63,691 bases of DNA, filler included, from Globobulimina sp. (GCA_003354225.1; 12 parts of 12 records of this genome joined end to end with filler, not necessarily neighbours in it); one strand, 5' to 3'. Shown: positions 34,311 to 47,773, counted from the whole stretch's first letter. Numbers and translations are program-made. Notes: generated by a model from the letters alone, not told the origin.

Positions 34311-37125
34311 CTAACGCCGTTGGTGGCTGTGTCTGGATTTATTTCTTGTGAGTCTTTGCATTCTGTTTTCATGGAAAGTATATTGTTGATTGTAAGTGTG
34401 ACTGTTATCGCTCGCAGCGATATACGATGGAGCCAATAATGAGCGCGAAGAATGTGCCATTTGTGTGGTAGTCGTAACAGAATGATCTCTCGTATGTTCA
34501 TTAAATAACAATTTGCTCGAATGAGGATCATCGCGATACCGATGTTCATACAAAATAGTCCTTTTCCTGCGGTCTAAAATGAAGATAAAATATTTATGGA
34601 TCGGGTCCCGAATCCATTTCACAATGCTCACCAAACACATTGTAATCAGTATGAAATAGCCATTGCGGATCACAATGGCGATGGGCCATGATATTGCTTT
34701 AATGGACACGCTCTCAAACGACAAGTACCAAATACTGAACGCGGAGATACTTAGCATTTGAACGGGAATCGTGCCCCGAATGATAAAGTATGAGCTCACA
34801 GACGAGATCAACAAATCCGTCGCAAATATCAATATCATGCCCATGCTCAGCATGGTGCTGTCAATGAAGAACGAAGCGATTTCCTTCCATAGCTCTTCTT
34901 TGTTGTTGCGGTCCACATAAATGGAGGAATAAATAGTGACGAACCACAGTTCCAACATCGCAGACAGCAAAAACCAAAAATGTGTCTGCTGTTTGATCAA
35001 ACCAACTAAATGAAAGTCGCATTCTCGATGCAGCAAAATGATAAATGACAAAATTGCCACTGCCGCCGGAATGCTCTTATACGCCGAATGTGCGTCCCAC
35101 AAAAAAAAGGTCAAATACGTAATGAGGCCGAGGTTTATGATCCAAATCAATAACAAACTGTCCTCATTACTGCCAAACATATAAAAGTAGCGATTGCCCG
35201 ACACATTGTGCACCAAATGAGAACTGCCAATGCTGCCCATTCCCATCGTGCTGCCATGCAATTGCACCATCCGTTCGTTCACAATTCTTTCCTGTCACAC
35301 AGTACAGCAAAACATGCCATATTTGATATTTCAACATATATGCACTCACTGACTATGCTGAAATGTGCAATATACTCATTTTGCTGTACAGCCAAAGCAA
35401 ACCTGTCTGGGAGATATCTGCAACAGCCGATGCCTGTACACATGGCTCAGCCCGAAACAATACCACTCCCTCTTGCGGTCCCTCACCAATGTGATGATCG
35501 TAGACAACTCCGCCATGAGCATCAACAGCAAGCCGTCGATTTTAAACTCAAACAGAGTGTATTTCACATCATTGTGTTCGTACAGCGTCCTCGCCACATT
35601 GTGTGGATCCCAAATCTGATAGCAAACCTTGGCGAGTTCCAGCACAGTGCCGATGAATATAAACATGTGGTACGCCGCACTCACAAAATACGACATATAC
35701 GCTGCAAAGTCAATGGTACACCACAGCATTCCCGCGATTATCCACACGAAAGTATGCGAGAACCACAAATATCCCTTCTCCTCGTGCTCATAAGCCGGCG
35801 CTGCGTAATTACGCATTTGGTCCGACACGATCACCACACAAATGCCTATGGTGAACAATAGGAACCGGAAGTCGTTCAACGTGGAGCCCAGCTCATGCAG
35901 TCGCAGAGAGGACTGCGCTCTGCGCATATTCATCACCAACAGCCCAAAGAAGCCGGCACAGCCCGCCAATGACAGCAATACGACGATGTCGTCGCGGTCC
36001 ACCCACCAGACGGCAATGAAAGCGATGAACACGAATAAAATTAATATCTCGATCACTTCAAACGCATTTTCCATGTCACATAACAGCACGCATAATTTGA
36101 GACAATTTGCGCCGTCTTTGTCTGGCGAGCTTTCCCTCATTTTGCTGGATTTTTGACTGGCAAATGAGGAGTGATACGTGTCATATATATCCATATCCGG
36201 ATCCAGATCCAGCTCTACTTCGGCGGTTTTGTGCCGATGTGGCGTGGCGTCATTTTCATAGCCATCGTTGCCTAAGTCGCTGAATAGTTTGTTGCCAGAA
36301 CTCACGTCATCCTCTGCAGGCTCTGCGTTTTCCACTTTGGTGTCGTCGTCATAGTCCTGTAGCAGTTGCTCATCGTTTTCGAACCTTTTTTTGTCGCGTT
36401 TGCCTCGCTTGGCACGTTCGGGGATGCCATACGGTGGGGGGCCTACATACGGACCGTACGGATGCATATTGTAGGGATATGGCACATTGCTAGCTTGGTT
36501 TTGGGGCGGTGGGTAATATGGAGACGGGTAATAGTAATATGGTGGTATTTGATGTGAGGGAACATCGACGTTATGACTGTGTGAAATGAAGACATTGACA
36601 TTTAAATTACAGTGAAAAACTTTAAGACTTTTAGAGAAATGTTGCGCAAGGATACAATTGATGTAAATATGGATTTACATGCCGGGATTGTTTACTTTTG
36701 AGTCGATTATGGTGGCGCACAGGCGGCGGAGTGAATGATTGTGTGATGGCAACGTCGCCATGCGCAGGCACAGTGGGGTATGGGTATGGATATGGTGGTG
36801 GGTACGGTGGTGGATAGGGGTATGGGTACGGGAAATATTGGGGATAGGGCATATTTGGCGGTGGCTGAGTGTCGTCATTTTGGCTGTTTTTGAATGATTT
36901 GGAGTGTTTTTTACGACGATAATAACGGTTTTGTCGGTCATTGTATTGGTTGAAGTTACTTGAGATTAAATGAGGATTATTATTAAATCTGGATGTGGCA
37001 ATTTCGCAATATCTTGTGTTAAGAGCTTGGGCTAATTCTCCTTCTGGAATTATTGGAGGATTAATTACTCTAGCATCTTCTGGAATTACTACGAACTCTT
37101 CTAACTTTGGTGTTTGTTCTGTCAT
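34311..37125 (-). CDS. Multi-exon polytopic membrane protein with a Pro/Tyr-rich N-terminus and two ~6-TM halves
   Basis: ORFs 36631..37125, 35376..36485 and 34311..35282. The second junction is in frame (PRQ|gtttgc ... gacag|ERIVNERM); the first junction is not precisely resolved. Confidence 0.6.
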
Positions 37126-37151
37126 GCTTTTTTTGGGAAGTTTAGGTATTT

Positions 37152-37251
37152 NNNNNNNNNNNNNNNNNNNNNNNNNNNNNNNNNNNNNNNNNNNNTTAAT
37201 TAATTAANNNNNNNNNNNNNNNNNNNNNNNNNNNNNNNNNNNNNNNNNNNN
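37152..37251. other. Artificial contig-join spacer
   Basis: N44-TTAATTAATTAA-N44. Confidence 0.98.
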
Positions 37252-39126
37252 ATCCATTGTTTACTACTCCATTCAGTAGATGCAGGATATAAAATAAATA
37301 CAAATCAATTGATGCAATTTAGAACGATGATAAATGCAAATACATATAAAAATAAATGTAATTCATTTTATATTGACAAACAGTTAAAGCATTTGCAATT
37401 ATATTTGCTTGCAAAACGGAGACAATTATGGTTAATGAAAGGAAACGATTTTATGAAAATGAATAAGTTCAATAACAGTTTGCAAACCAATCGCAAACAA
37501 AACAGATTCGGACAGAAATTTTATTTTTGGGAGTATTTTAAAGATAATAATCAAAGAGATACTGTTCATAATCCATTGTATAAATATTCAGATTGGTATA
37601 TTCATAAAAAATATTCGAGTTTAAAACACGAGATATTAAATAATAAAAATGGATATAAATTGAATCATAAACAATATAAGAAATCTCATTTAAAAGCAGT
37701 GAATTATATGAATACCATTTATGTTAAAAAAATAATTCAAACGGAAAATAATTTTGAAAATTATTTAATGAAAAAAAAATTGTTTCAACAACAAAATATT
37801 TGGGATCTCAGTAGATATTATTCGATAAATGATGACGACATTATATCCGTTCAGCATATTTTAGCATTAATTTTGTATGTTGATTATGTAAAATTGGCGT
37901 ATTTTTATCGAAATAGTTTTTATTTGTTGGAGAAAGAAACAGAGAATGACTTTAAACAAAGAAAACGTGAATATTGGCATTTAACAAAATTAATTACGGA
38001 ATGCATAGAGATTTATGGGGAATGGATATCACATTCGAAATATGATACATTTTACACAGGGATTTGTAATAAGGTTTTATGGCATCAATTATATCCAAAT
38101 TTTGTAGCACAAATATCTGTTACAACGCAATTATGCGTAGCCTCAATGTATTGTGATAATAATAATGGATATATCTTAGAATTAACAACTAATTCATGTT
38201 CATCTCCGCTTTCATTATTTGTTAAACATTTTAATTGTAATTTTTTGAGGTATGATGATTGGTTGATAATTTTAATCAAAATGTTTATAAATTTTGAACA
38301 AAATATATATTGAGAATTTGATAATTATCAACCATGAATATGTGATATGTGATATTAAAGCTCGTTTGCATATGAATCAGAAATAATTATTGGTGAATGT
38401 ATTGATATGAGGTCTTTGAGAATATCGTGTATTCGGTCCATACAACATTATGAAAATTATTATTGTTTTATTCGAGCAATGAATATGTTCGATAAGGTAT
38501 TAAATGGACAACGAAAATATTTATTTAATGATAAAACACCGCAAATGGATTATAAAATAATCAATAAACTAATTGCTCGGAAAATTGGTAAAAATAAAAA
38601 TGAATATCCAAAATATGTAAATGATATATTCTGTGCAATAATAAACAATAAAAAATGTATTACATTAAATATTTATGATATAAATACAATATATTATAAA
38701 TTAAGAGAATATTTTATCTCATATTCAACCTCAACTATGCGTGATAATGGAATATGTGATATTGTATTATTTGAAAATCTGTGCAATTTATGTCCATTTG
38801 TTGATATTATTACTGTTAAAATGAGCAATGAAAGAAATATAATGTCTCAATATGTATTAAATATTTTACATACAACTATTTCGTCAATGGGTCATTCGAG
38901 ATTACAATTAATTAAATTAACAAATGTTGCAAATAAATGTAATGAAAAAGTTATTAAAATATTTAAAAAGAATATAAATGCAATAAATTGGGACATAACA
39001 ATTTTAGCTATGAATCAAAAAAAATATAAGAATCAATATCAATTTATAATATTTAAACAACAAAAAACAGCAAATCTAGCCACAAAATTTAAAAATGTCT
39101 TTAGTCCAAAATTGCAATTACCTTAA
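37252..39126 (+). CDS. 5'-partial protein with a divergent ADP-ribosyltransferase (ART, R-S-E clade)-like domain; 2 exons
   Basis: LALILY, FYTG, SVTTQLCVASMY and GYILEL. Removing intron 38250..38360 gives FNCNFLSSFAYESEIII. Confidence 0.55.
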
Positions 39127-39301
39127 ACTGGACTGAATTGGTTATATGGTGTTTATTTTTTCTTTCAATGTCTTTTTATTTCCATCTTTCGTTTTTGTTT
39201 ATATATTATTATTGCGGGCGTTCAACTGAATTAACTCAAAACTTGTCCTTTAAATCAAAAAAGGTCCGAAAACGAAAATCACTTAATTAGACCACATAAT
39301 T

Positions 39302-40435
39302 ATGTCTGGATTGCAGGTAGAATTACAGTCCGAATTTCATGGAAGTTTGGCACAATTATTATATGACGCAAACACAGAATTATTAGAGAAACAAAAGGAT
39401 GAAATAATCAATGTATTGGGTGGAATAAATAATATCCTTCAAATATATGTTGCAAACAAACACGAGCTATTAACGACAACTCAGCAAAAGGAGTTAATTG
39501 ATATAATATCGTCATGCAATGGAGGAGCAATATCAACATTTGCTGTTGAATCAATGCATCATCATCAACAATCAACAATTATTTCAGCATCGAATCCATC
39601 GATAATCATTGATGCGGCGAATGGTGTAACAAGTCAAGAACAGCACTTACAGCAATTTGATATATATTTACATACTCGGAATGATTTATATCATAAAATA
39701 TTCAAAAATATGATTGCAGATAGAATCACAGAGTTTGTATTATCAAAATGGATGCTTTTCATCTTTTTAATAATATTTGTATTAATAACATGTATCACCA
39801 TTCCGTTTCAATTACCAATGTGGAGATTTATTTTATTGATCCTAATGTCTCTATTTTTAGTGTCGCAGTTATTTGCATTTAATTTAGCAATGACGCGATC
39901 TATGTTACTTAGATTTGATTTATTATACAAACTGTTTAATTGTATTGTAATATATGTTTGTTCTGTAAGTTTATTAAGAGAGCAGTTTCATAAAAGTACC
40001 AAGACAACGCAGTATGATTCGGTTGATTTACATTTTATAAACACACTGAACATTGCCACTGTGTTTTTAATCTCAAATCATGACGCTTGGAGAATGCCAA
40101 ATATTTTAAAAGTATTCATCGTATTTCTTATTATTGGGTTATATATTTATTTTTGGTGCATTGCTTTTTATTCATATAATTTTATTGTGCAGGTCAAATA
40201 TGAAGATATGTTATGGAATGTCCCAGTGCTCGGAAAGAATTTATCATTGAGAGGATTATTTATTTCATCGTTATCAAATTTGATAATATTCTTTGCCAAA
40301 CAAGAATGGAATATGATAAGAGATAAAAATAAATCATCAGTGTATGCTATAAAACCAAAAATACAATGGATTGTAGATTGGAAACAATATGGAAATGAAT
40401 ATTATAGTATCAAGCAAGAAATACTCATTAAGTAA
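39302..40435 (+). CDS. Uncharacterised ~6-TM membrane protein
   Basis: 377-aa intronless ORF with a soluble N-terminus followed by hydrophobic helices. Confidence 0.65.
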   Translation: MSGLQVELQSEFHGSLAQLLYDANTELLEKQKDEIINVLGGINNILQIYVANKHELLTTTQQKELIDIISSCNGGAISTFAVESMHHHQQSTIISASNPSIIIDAANGVTSQEQHLQQFDIYLHTRNDLYHKIFKNMIADRITEFVLSKWMLFIFLIIFVLITCITIPFQLPMWRFILLILMSLFLVSQLFAFNLAMTRSMLLRFDLLYKLFNCIVIYVCSVSLLREQFHKSTKTTQYDSVDLHFINTLNIATVFLISNHDAWRMPNILKVFIVFLIIGLYIYFWCIAFYSYNFIVQVKYEDMLWNVPVLGKNLSLRGLFISSLSNLIIFFAKQEWNMIRDKNKSSVYAIKPKIQWIVDWKQYGNEYYSIKQEILIK

Positions 40436-40542
40436 TGTTGCTCTCTCAGCCAACGCTAGATATTGTTAAATTATTTGTTAGTATGTAGTAACATTTTCAG
40501 TCGTTTGAAGAATGAAAAAATCCTTTTTAATATTCTGTTAGC

Positions 40543-42465
40543 ATGGCAACTGTGTTTAATGTTTTTGTTGTGATAATATTATGCAAAATATTGCCATCTC
40601 TCGGAATTACACTATATTCATCGTGCAATTCGCTGGCTGATGGATTATATTATATCAAACCTTTAGAAAATAAGAAGGTAATTCCAGTAGTTTGCAGTAA
40701 GGGATACACAATGATTGATCCATCATTAAATTTTGAATCAATTACATCATATTTATCCTCATATGATTATTCACGACGATCATCAAATATATTTTCATCG
40801 AAATTAAATGATTTTGTAAATTGGAGAGAATGGTGGCTAGCATCAAATGATAATACATTATTTACGGTATCACCTGAATGCAATGAATGTTTATTACCAT
40901 CCACAAACAATGCATACTATGAATCAAATTATTATTTCTGTTTCAAAACATTAGCAAATAATAAATGTGATTTACATGATACACAACTGCGTATTTATTG
41001 CAATCAATGCGATGATGCACAACATGATAATACAAATTGGTCCAACTGTTATCGCATTGCCATGTCTGCAGATCATTTGATTGAAACAGATCATCGCAAA
41101 TGCGTATCACACACAATTATGGCGAGACCAGCCATGGTAAAAGATAGGACATTCTGTACTTGCTATAAACCATCAAACCCAATGCAGTACGAATATGAAT
41201 ATCAAGTAACAACTGATGATTTACCACTTGTTTACTTATCAATGGATATACGGAATACATTGCCATTTATTGATGAAAACATTATATTTCATAATACGGA
41301 TAATAATAACAACCACAACCATGATAATAATATTTATTATTTAACAAACAATGATTTTTTATACGGAACGTATCGGATAACGACGCCTGGCGAATATATA
41401 TTATCCGAAGATATTTATATTAATTTTAATGCACCGACGCGGACAGAAATGAATGACATAAACTGGTCACCGAATAATTATGATGTTGACAATTTGTATT
41501 GGTGGCCATCCATGCAACAACAAGACGAAATAAATGGAGAATATCAAGGAATGTATTCCTATCATGGCTTATATACATTAGGTTTCTTTGCTGCGATTAC
41601 CATCCAATGCAATGATGTTGTGATTAATTTAAATGGTTATTCCATGTCAATGACACAAGAGTTTTATGTGCAACAACGCTTTTTTTCATTGATTGAATTA
41701 TCGGATCGCAATTTTATTGCTGCTCAGGGACCAGCTAATTTAGATCAACTCGACAATGAATTTTATGCCGCAAATGTTGTGATAAAGAATGGTATCTTAG
41801 GACGCAGCTCACATCATGGCATACATGGCAATAATAACAAGAATGTGGTCATTAAAGATATGACGATTTCACACTTTGATGTGGCGGGCATTGGATTAAA
41901 TGGAGCGAATGAGGTAGAAATTATTGACTGTATTGTTGGTCCATCCAATGATAACATCCCAGTACTTGGCAGATATACACATGGCAGGGCAATATTGCCT
42001 CGCTTGAAACAATTTGTTAACGATTTTGGCGATGAAAGGATACAATTTTCTGGTCGAGAGATGATACGCATATCAGAATTAGCTGACAGATTAATTAAAC
42101 AAATGGATATGGCGTATAATTATGTCATAGATGGTGTGGAAGCATCAGAGGATGATATTGATTATGCGGATTGGGTGGCGGCTAAGAAATTATTTGTGAA
42201 TGAGAACGGATATATGGATGCTGGCAGCAGTTATGGCATTGTATTGAATGGAGAGGGAGCAGCTACATTGGCTATTGGTGCACGAACAGAGAATACACAA
42301 AATATTCAATTGTCAAATGTAGAGATTATGGGCATATATAATGGAGCCATTGAGAAAGTTAAAGGTGTTTCCAATTCCGATGGGGATGCGATAAGAGGCA
42401 TTTTATCGGATGTTATTGATTGGTTTAATGTGTTAGATGGGGATAATAAGTATATTGGTGATGCT
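40543..42465 (+). CDS. Secreted protein: Cys-rich N-terminal domain plus a right-handed beta-helix (pectin-lyase-like) region; 3'-truncated
   Basis: Signal peptide. SCNSLADGLYYIKP..PVVC resembles a fibrinogen-like start. GTYRITTPGEYILSEDI, VVINLNGY, NVVIKNG, HHGIHGNNNKNVVIKDMTI and GIGLNGANEVEI. Confidence 0.65.
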
Positions 42466-42565
42466 NNNNNNNNNNNNNNNNNNNNNNNNNNNNNNNNNNN
42501 NNNNNNNNNTTAATTAATTAANNNNNNNNNNNNNNNNNNNNNNNNNNNNNNNNNNNNNNNNNNNN
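42466..42565. other. Artificial contig-join spacer
   Basis: N44-TTAATTAATTAA-N44. Confidence 0.98.
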
Positions 42566-42567
42566 AA

Positions 42568-45500
42568 ATGCAGAAAAGCAAAGAAAATGATATCGGTACT
42601 TTGTTATCCAAAATGCGTCAAAGACAGAGCAATATTAGAAAGTCTCTCGACAGTGACCTATTTAAATTGCAATATTCCGGAAAAACAACAGCAACGACGG
42701 CGGTTTTACCATCATCGACTTTTGAAAATAGACTGCAACGAATTCGTGGAATTAGAGAAAAATTTGAAAATCAATATTCAACAAATAATACATATCACAA
42801 ATTAACCAAAAACAAAAAAGAAAATATGTCGTTATCTTTACCATTAAATAAATTAAAACGTCCGCAAAGTGCGAAAAACTACAATACCAATAATCTCGTT
42901 TCGAAACATACTGTTTCTATCACAAATATTTCCCACCAAACAAAAAGAAAATATCCATTAACATCACGCGATGACATTGACATTAACGAAGAACCTGAAA
43001 ATGAAGTATTTTCAGCAAAAGATGTCGTATTAAATTCAGCGCGAAGTTTTGTTGGAGATCAAGAATCCAAACAAGACATTGAAGAAATATTCAAAAATAT
43101 GCAAAATGAAGTGTCCAAACAATTTACGCAAAAGAAGAGAAAACAATTAATCGACAGCGGAAAATATATCGGAAATTTGTCGGAGAACCTATTTTTTGAC
43201 ATTTTTCTTTTTTTAGATGCAGTCACATTATCCAAAATGTGCTCAGTTTCTGAATCTTGGTATCATACAATATTACAATCGATCCGTCAGATGTTTTGCA
43301 CTGTATTCAAATCGTACCCGTCCGGCAAAAATAAGCTACCCTCAAAAACTATATTTTTAACATTGAAAAAACTACATTTTATAGATAGTAAGTCTTGCGC
43401 AGAATTATTGTTTTGGAGCTGCGCTCGCGGATATTATGCATTTCTCAATCATTTTATTTCAAATCTCGATCACAACCAACCTAAAAATATAATACTTCCA
43501 CCAATCAGATACAGTTTAAATGCAACCTCAAAAATAGATAACATGACATCATTGCATATTGCATGCAAACATAATCAATTGGAAATTATAAAAATATTAT
43601 TAGCGCATAACAGCATTAATGTAAATAAATTAACAAAGTCGGGAAAACACGCAATTACCATTGCAGCACAAAGGCATAATTATGACATTGTGAATGCATT
43701 AATAAATCATTCGAAGCTGAATGTGAACCAAATAGACAGTGATGGCAAATCGTTATTGCACATTGCATGTTCAATGGGTAACTATTACACTGTGAATAAA
43801 TTAGTCAGCAAACAGGCAAAAGTTAATGCTGTGGATAAAGAAAACCGATCCGCATTATACATTGCTGCGGAAAACGGTTTTGAAGATATTTGTAAGTGTC
43901 TGTTGAATGAGGAGAATGGAAAGAATACGGCGGATATTCATTTATCGTCAAAATCAGGTAAATCGCCGTTGTATGCAGCGTCAGAAAATGGACATGTTAA
44001 TGTCGTGTCCTTTTTGTTGAGTAAAGCCGCCAATGTTCGTCAGGAAACCTGTCGAGGTAAAATTGCGTTGTATGCTGCGGCAGAAAAACAGTTTGTAAAT
44101 ATTGTCAAAGAGATACTGCCATATACGCAAGAAAAGGATTTATTTAAATTGACCCATTATGGAACTACGGCTATGTTTATTGCCTCAAAACAACCGAATA
44201 AAACTGTTAAAAAAATGTTGGTGGCATTTTGTACGAAGCAGAAAATGAAAAAAAATAAAAATATTGCTAAGAATAATTATAATGATGAATCGCCGCCAAA
44301 TATTAAGGAGAATAATGACAATGAATGGTTGAATATATTGGATGACGGACAAAGCCAAGGACATAGATTACGGACTCCAAAGTTTGCGGAACAGTTTGAA
44401 TCATTTCAGGAATTAAAACAAAAACGAAAAAGAAACCAAACCGTTTCAACAAAGACAAACGCATTTTTAGAGCGAATGACAAATATCTTAAAAATTGAAA
44501 AAGAGGAAATTGAGGAGAAAGATATATCAGTTCCAAGAGTAATGGATAATAATTACCATCATCGGAAACGAAAACGACAAAAAAGTGTGAGTTTAGAGCT
44601 TAAAGAAGATGAGAGTCAGAGTCACAGTCACAGCCACACTCAAAAACTGCAACACAAACAACAGAAAACTGTGTTTGATTACGATCGCTTATTTAGAGGC
44701 AAATTAAGAAATAAATTGCAAATAACCAATGATAATGAAAATGATGCGAAGAGCGATGAGGAAAAAATCAAAAAATGGAAAGGGTTTTCAGATAGATTTA
44801 TGAATCGCAATTTAGTGAATAATAATAATATAAATCATAATAAAGAAGATCCAGATGATATATTGACACAGGAAGAAAATGACGAATTGGAAAAAGAAAA
44901 GGAACGCCTGTCAAGAGAGGCTGCCTCCAAATTTTTGCAAAGGCAAAAAGATAAAATAATGGAAGCCCAAAAAAAAGCAAAAGAAAGAATTAACAGACAT
45001 AAAAATAAAGATATATTAGAAAGGAAACGATTATCAAAAAAAAGAGAGGAGGCTCGCATTTTAGCTATGAAAGTGGCTGAAAAAATAGCACAAAGACAAC
45101 ACAACGAAGATAACATGAAATCACTCTCATTGGATTTGCCGGTCATTGCACGAAATAATGTGAATATAAATGATGAGAATCGATCTGAATTGAATTTATT
45201 TGATAAATTAAGAAAAAAAGGAATTTCAAATGAAAATTTTAAAAATGAAGAAGAATTAACATTGAATTCCCATCGCAGTTTGACGGTTTTGGACAAATAT
45301 AAAAAAGCAAAAAAGAGATCGTTGCAAGTTACAGGACGAATATTAAACGTTTTAAGTGATCGGACATCAAAAAGTTCGAATGGATATATTGAGAGTTATG
45401 AGATTAATGAGGATGAGTACAATGAGGATTATTTATTTGAAGATGAGATTTGTTTTTTACATCCATTGAGTAAAAAAAAAAAGAAAAAGTTAAGACGAAA

Positions 45501-45654
45501 CAGATTGGAGCAAGCATATGGTATTAAATCGAGTACAAATAATAAAAAAAAGAAAAAAATAATTGCTGCTTCTGTCACTAATAAGAATGGTACGGTCTTA
45601 AATGGTTTGTTACAGATTGCAACCATTAACCCGCAAAATAGAACTATATATTAA
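42568..45654 (+). CDS. F-box + ankyrin-repeat protein with a charged C-terminal tail
   Basis: F-box LSENLFFDIFLFLDAVTLSKMCSVSESW. About 7 ankyrin repeats (TSLHIAC, SLLHIAC, SALYIAAENG, SPLYAASENGH). Confidence 0.85.
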   Translation: MQKSKENDIGTLLSKMRQRQSNIRKSLDSDLFKLQYSGKTTATTAVLPSSTFENRLQRIRGIREKFENQYSTNNTYHKLTKNKKENMSLSLPLNKLKRPQSAKNYNTNNLVSKHTVSITNISHQTKRKYPLTSRDDIDINEEPENEVFSAKDVVLNSARSFVGDQESKQDIEEIFKNMQNEVSKQFTQKKRKQLIDSGKYIGNLSENLFFDIFLFLDAVTLSKMCSVSESWYHTILQSIRQMFCTVFKSYPSGKNKLPSKTIFLTLKKLHFIDSKSCAELLFWSCARGYYAFLNHFISNLDHNQPKNIILPPIRYSLNATSKIDNMTSLHIACKHNQLEIIKILLAHNSINVNKLTKSGKHAITIAAQRHNYDIVNALINHSKLNVNQIDSDGKSLLHIACSMGNYYTVNKLVSKQAKVNAVDKENRSALYIAAENGFEDICKCLLNEENGKNTADIHLSSKSGKSPLYAASENGHVNVVSFLLSKAANVRQETCRGKIALYAAAEKQFVNIVKEILPYTQEKDLFKLTHYGTTAMFIASKQPNKTVKKMLVAFCTKQKMKKNKNIAKNNYNDESPPNIKENNDNEWLNILDDGQSQGHRLRTPKFAEQFESFQELKQKRKRNQTVSTKTNAFLERMTNILKIEKEEIEEKDISVPRVMDNNYHHRKRKRQKSVSLELKEDESQSHSHSHTQKLQHKQQKTVFDYDRLFRGKLRNKLQITNDNENDAKSDEEKIKKWKGFSDRFMNRNLVNNNNINHNKEDPDDILTQEENDELEKEKERLSREAASKFLQRQKDKIMEAQKKAKERINRHKNKDILERKRLSKKREEARILAMKVAEKIAQRQHNEDNMKSLSLDLPVIARNNVNINDENRSELNLFDKLRKKGISNENFKNEEELTLNSHRSLTVLDKYKKAKKRSLQVTGRILNVLSDRTSKSSNGYIESYEINEDEYNEDYLFEDEICFLHPLSKKKKKKLRRNRLEQAYGIKSSTNNKKKKKIIAASVTNKNGTVLNGLLQIATINPQNRTIY

Positions 45655-45733
45655 TCAATGTTGTTGATAGATATTTAATTGTATTGTTGACATATTTAAA
45701 AATAGCTGAAATAAAAGCAAATGGCAAACATAA

Positions 45734-47542
45734 TCATTTCACTTGAAATACTTCAATATCTGTTACTGTCGCAACGCCTTTTCCTCCTAAAAGATGACGA
45801 TGATTTGGAAATGCATCGTAAGCGGCAGCATTGTAGTGAATCACATTATTGTTTGTGAGAATATACAATGCAAGGCCTGAACCAAACGTGCAATAAGTAG
45901 CATTGTGATAATATAATGCTTTATCCGTACATTGATTTTTCACATTCCGTAAAGAAGGCGCATAATTTTTGGAGGATCGTATACCAAATAAAAAAGCATC
46001 ATTATCTTTAGAATTTGCACCGTGTTCCCCACTCTTATTCCATCCAGTTTTTGTATATCCACCACATACATTGCCATCATCTGTTTGCATGAAACAAATA
46101 ACATTTGCTTTGCCATACACTTTATTAATACATATATTCCGATCCAATCCGTCTCTGCTCGCTCGATACAATAAATTCCATTCTTTCCCCAAATGTTTGT
46201 TGTTTGCGAGTAGCAATGCTAAAAATGACTCACTTTCTTTTCTTGTCAATATCGAGGATGATATCTGGATCGTTACCTTTTCTGTGTTTAAATTACAAAA
46301 CAAACATTGCACAAAATAGGAAAACAAATGAAGGCAAATCTCAGTTTAACTTGTTTTTACTGGAACAGCCTCGCTATAATTACCAAAACCTGCTTTATTT
46401 TTATATTTTGCTTTTACAAAATATAAACTGTCGCCTTTCAGGTCTTTAATAAGAAATTTATTTTTATTTTTAAGCCAACATATTTCTTTCCAAACTTCAT
46501 CCACTTTTTTTTCATCCTCATCATCGCCAAAATGCTTTCTTAGTTCGACAGCGCATTCATAGTCTGGCTCAATGTTAGCAAAATGGAGCTATATTGTTTG
46601 CCAAACAACAGTTAATTCTCAAAACACATCATATTATCCATAGAACTTAACAGTGGCTGACAAAGCCTCGACATTTGAAATATTAATAATTGCCTTTTCC
46701 GGATAGAAATAATTATTTATTGCACCGATAGCATCGATAAATTGCATCACAGCATCCCTATCAATCTCTACTTTTACCTTTGTATTAATATTAATATCTT
46801 TTATCTCTTTCTTTAACACATTCGCACAAATTCCCATAATCTTTTTTTTTCGTTGATATTTATTCAATTTGTTATTTTTTAATAAGTCATCATTCTGCGA
46901 ATCGGCGATATTTAGTGATTTATTGTATACTTTTAATTCTTGTATATGTTTTGAGATAATTTCTTCTTTTTTCTTAATCCCAATATGTGATTTTTGAATA
47001 ATTTCATCAATTCTTTTGTTTAATCGATCCATTGCTTGCTTTCGAAATTGATTTAGATTATTTTCATTTGTTTGGCCTAATTTTTTCAAACTATTTACAT
47101 CTTTGATGGACGCATTAATTTTCTGATTGATAATATCTTGTTTTTCATGTATTGCATTAATGGCTTCTTCCTCCTCTCGGCTCAAAACAATAATTACTTT
47201 TTCTATTATCTGTTGTTTTGGTTGTTGCGTTGCAGTCGATTTTAAGGCAAACACCGCTTTTGCAAAACGGCCTGAATGTACAAGATCGAGTTTCAATGTG
47301 TTAAGAGCATACTTTCTGTATTCAATGCATAAATCAATTAAATGAATGAACATATAAAAAGTACAAATAATAAACTTTAGCTCCTTAATTGATGATTGCT
47401 GTGATAAATCCCTCAATTCTTCCAATGTTACACCAGTATCTATCAATATATCCATTGCTTTTGTCAACTTATTTCCTTTTAGCCACGCTTTGAGTTCTTC
47501 AGTTTCTCCAAGAGCTTCGTTGGTCTGCAACTGAGCTGCCAT
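45734..47542 (-). CDS. Multi-exon TLDc-domain protein with a SAM-like N-terminus and coiled coil
   Basis: WNLLYRASRDG, GNVCGGYT, DAFLF, FGSG and DIEVFQ. The upstream ORF (from MAAQLQ at 47542) is inferred to be linked by short introns. Confidence 0.7.
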
Positions 47543-47773
47543 TTGTTTTAGTTTTAAAGTTTTTTCAAAAAAGTAAAGAAGATTAAAAGTAAAAAGTTTG
47601 TGGGTTTTGGATCTGTTTTGAATTTGTCTATATATAAACAAACGTATACAATAAGCAAACAATTCTAAACAAAAAAAGAACAAACTCTCAGTACAAACAC
47701 ATGAACACGTACAACACACAAATTAATTTGAACAACAAGTATCGATCTGACATATTTATAGACAAAAAAAGAA

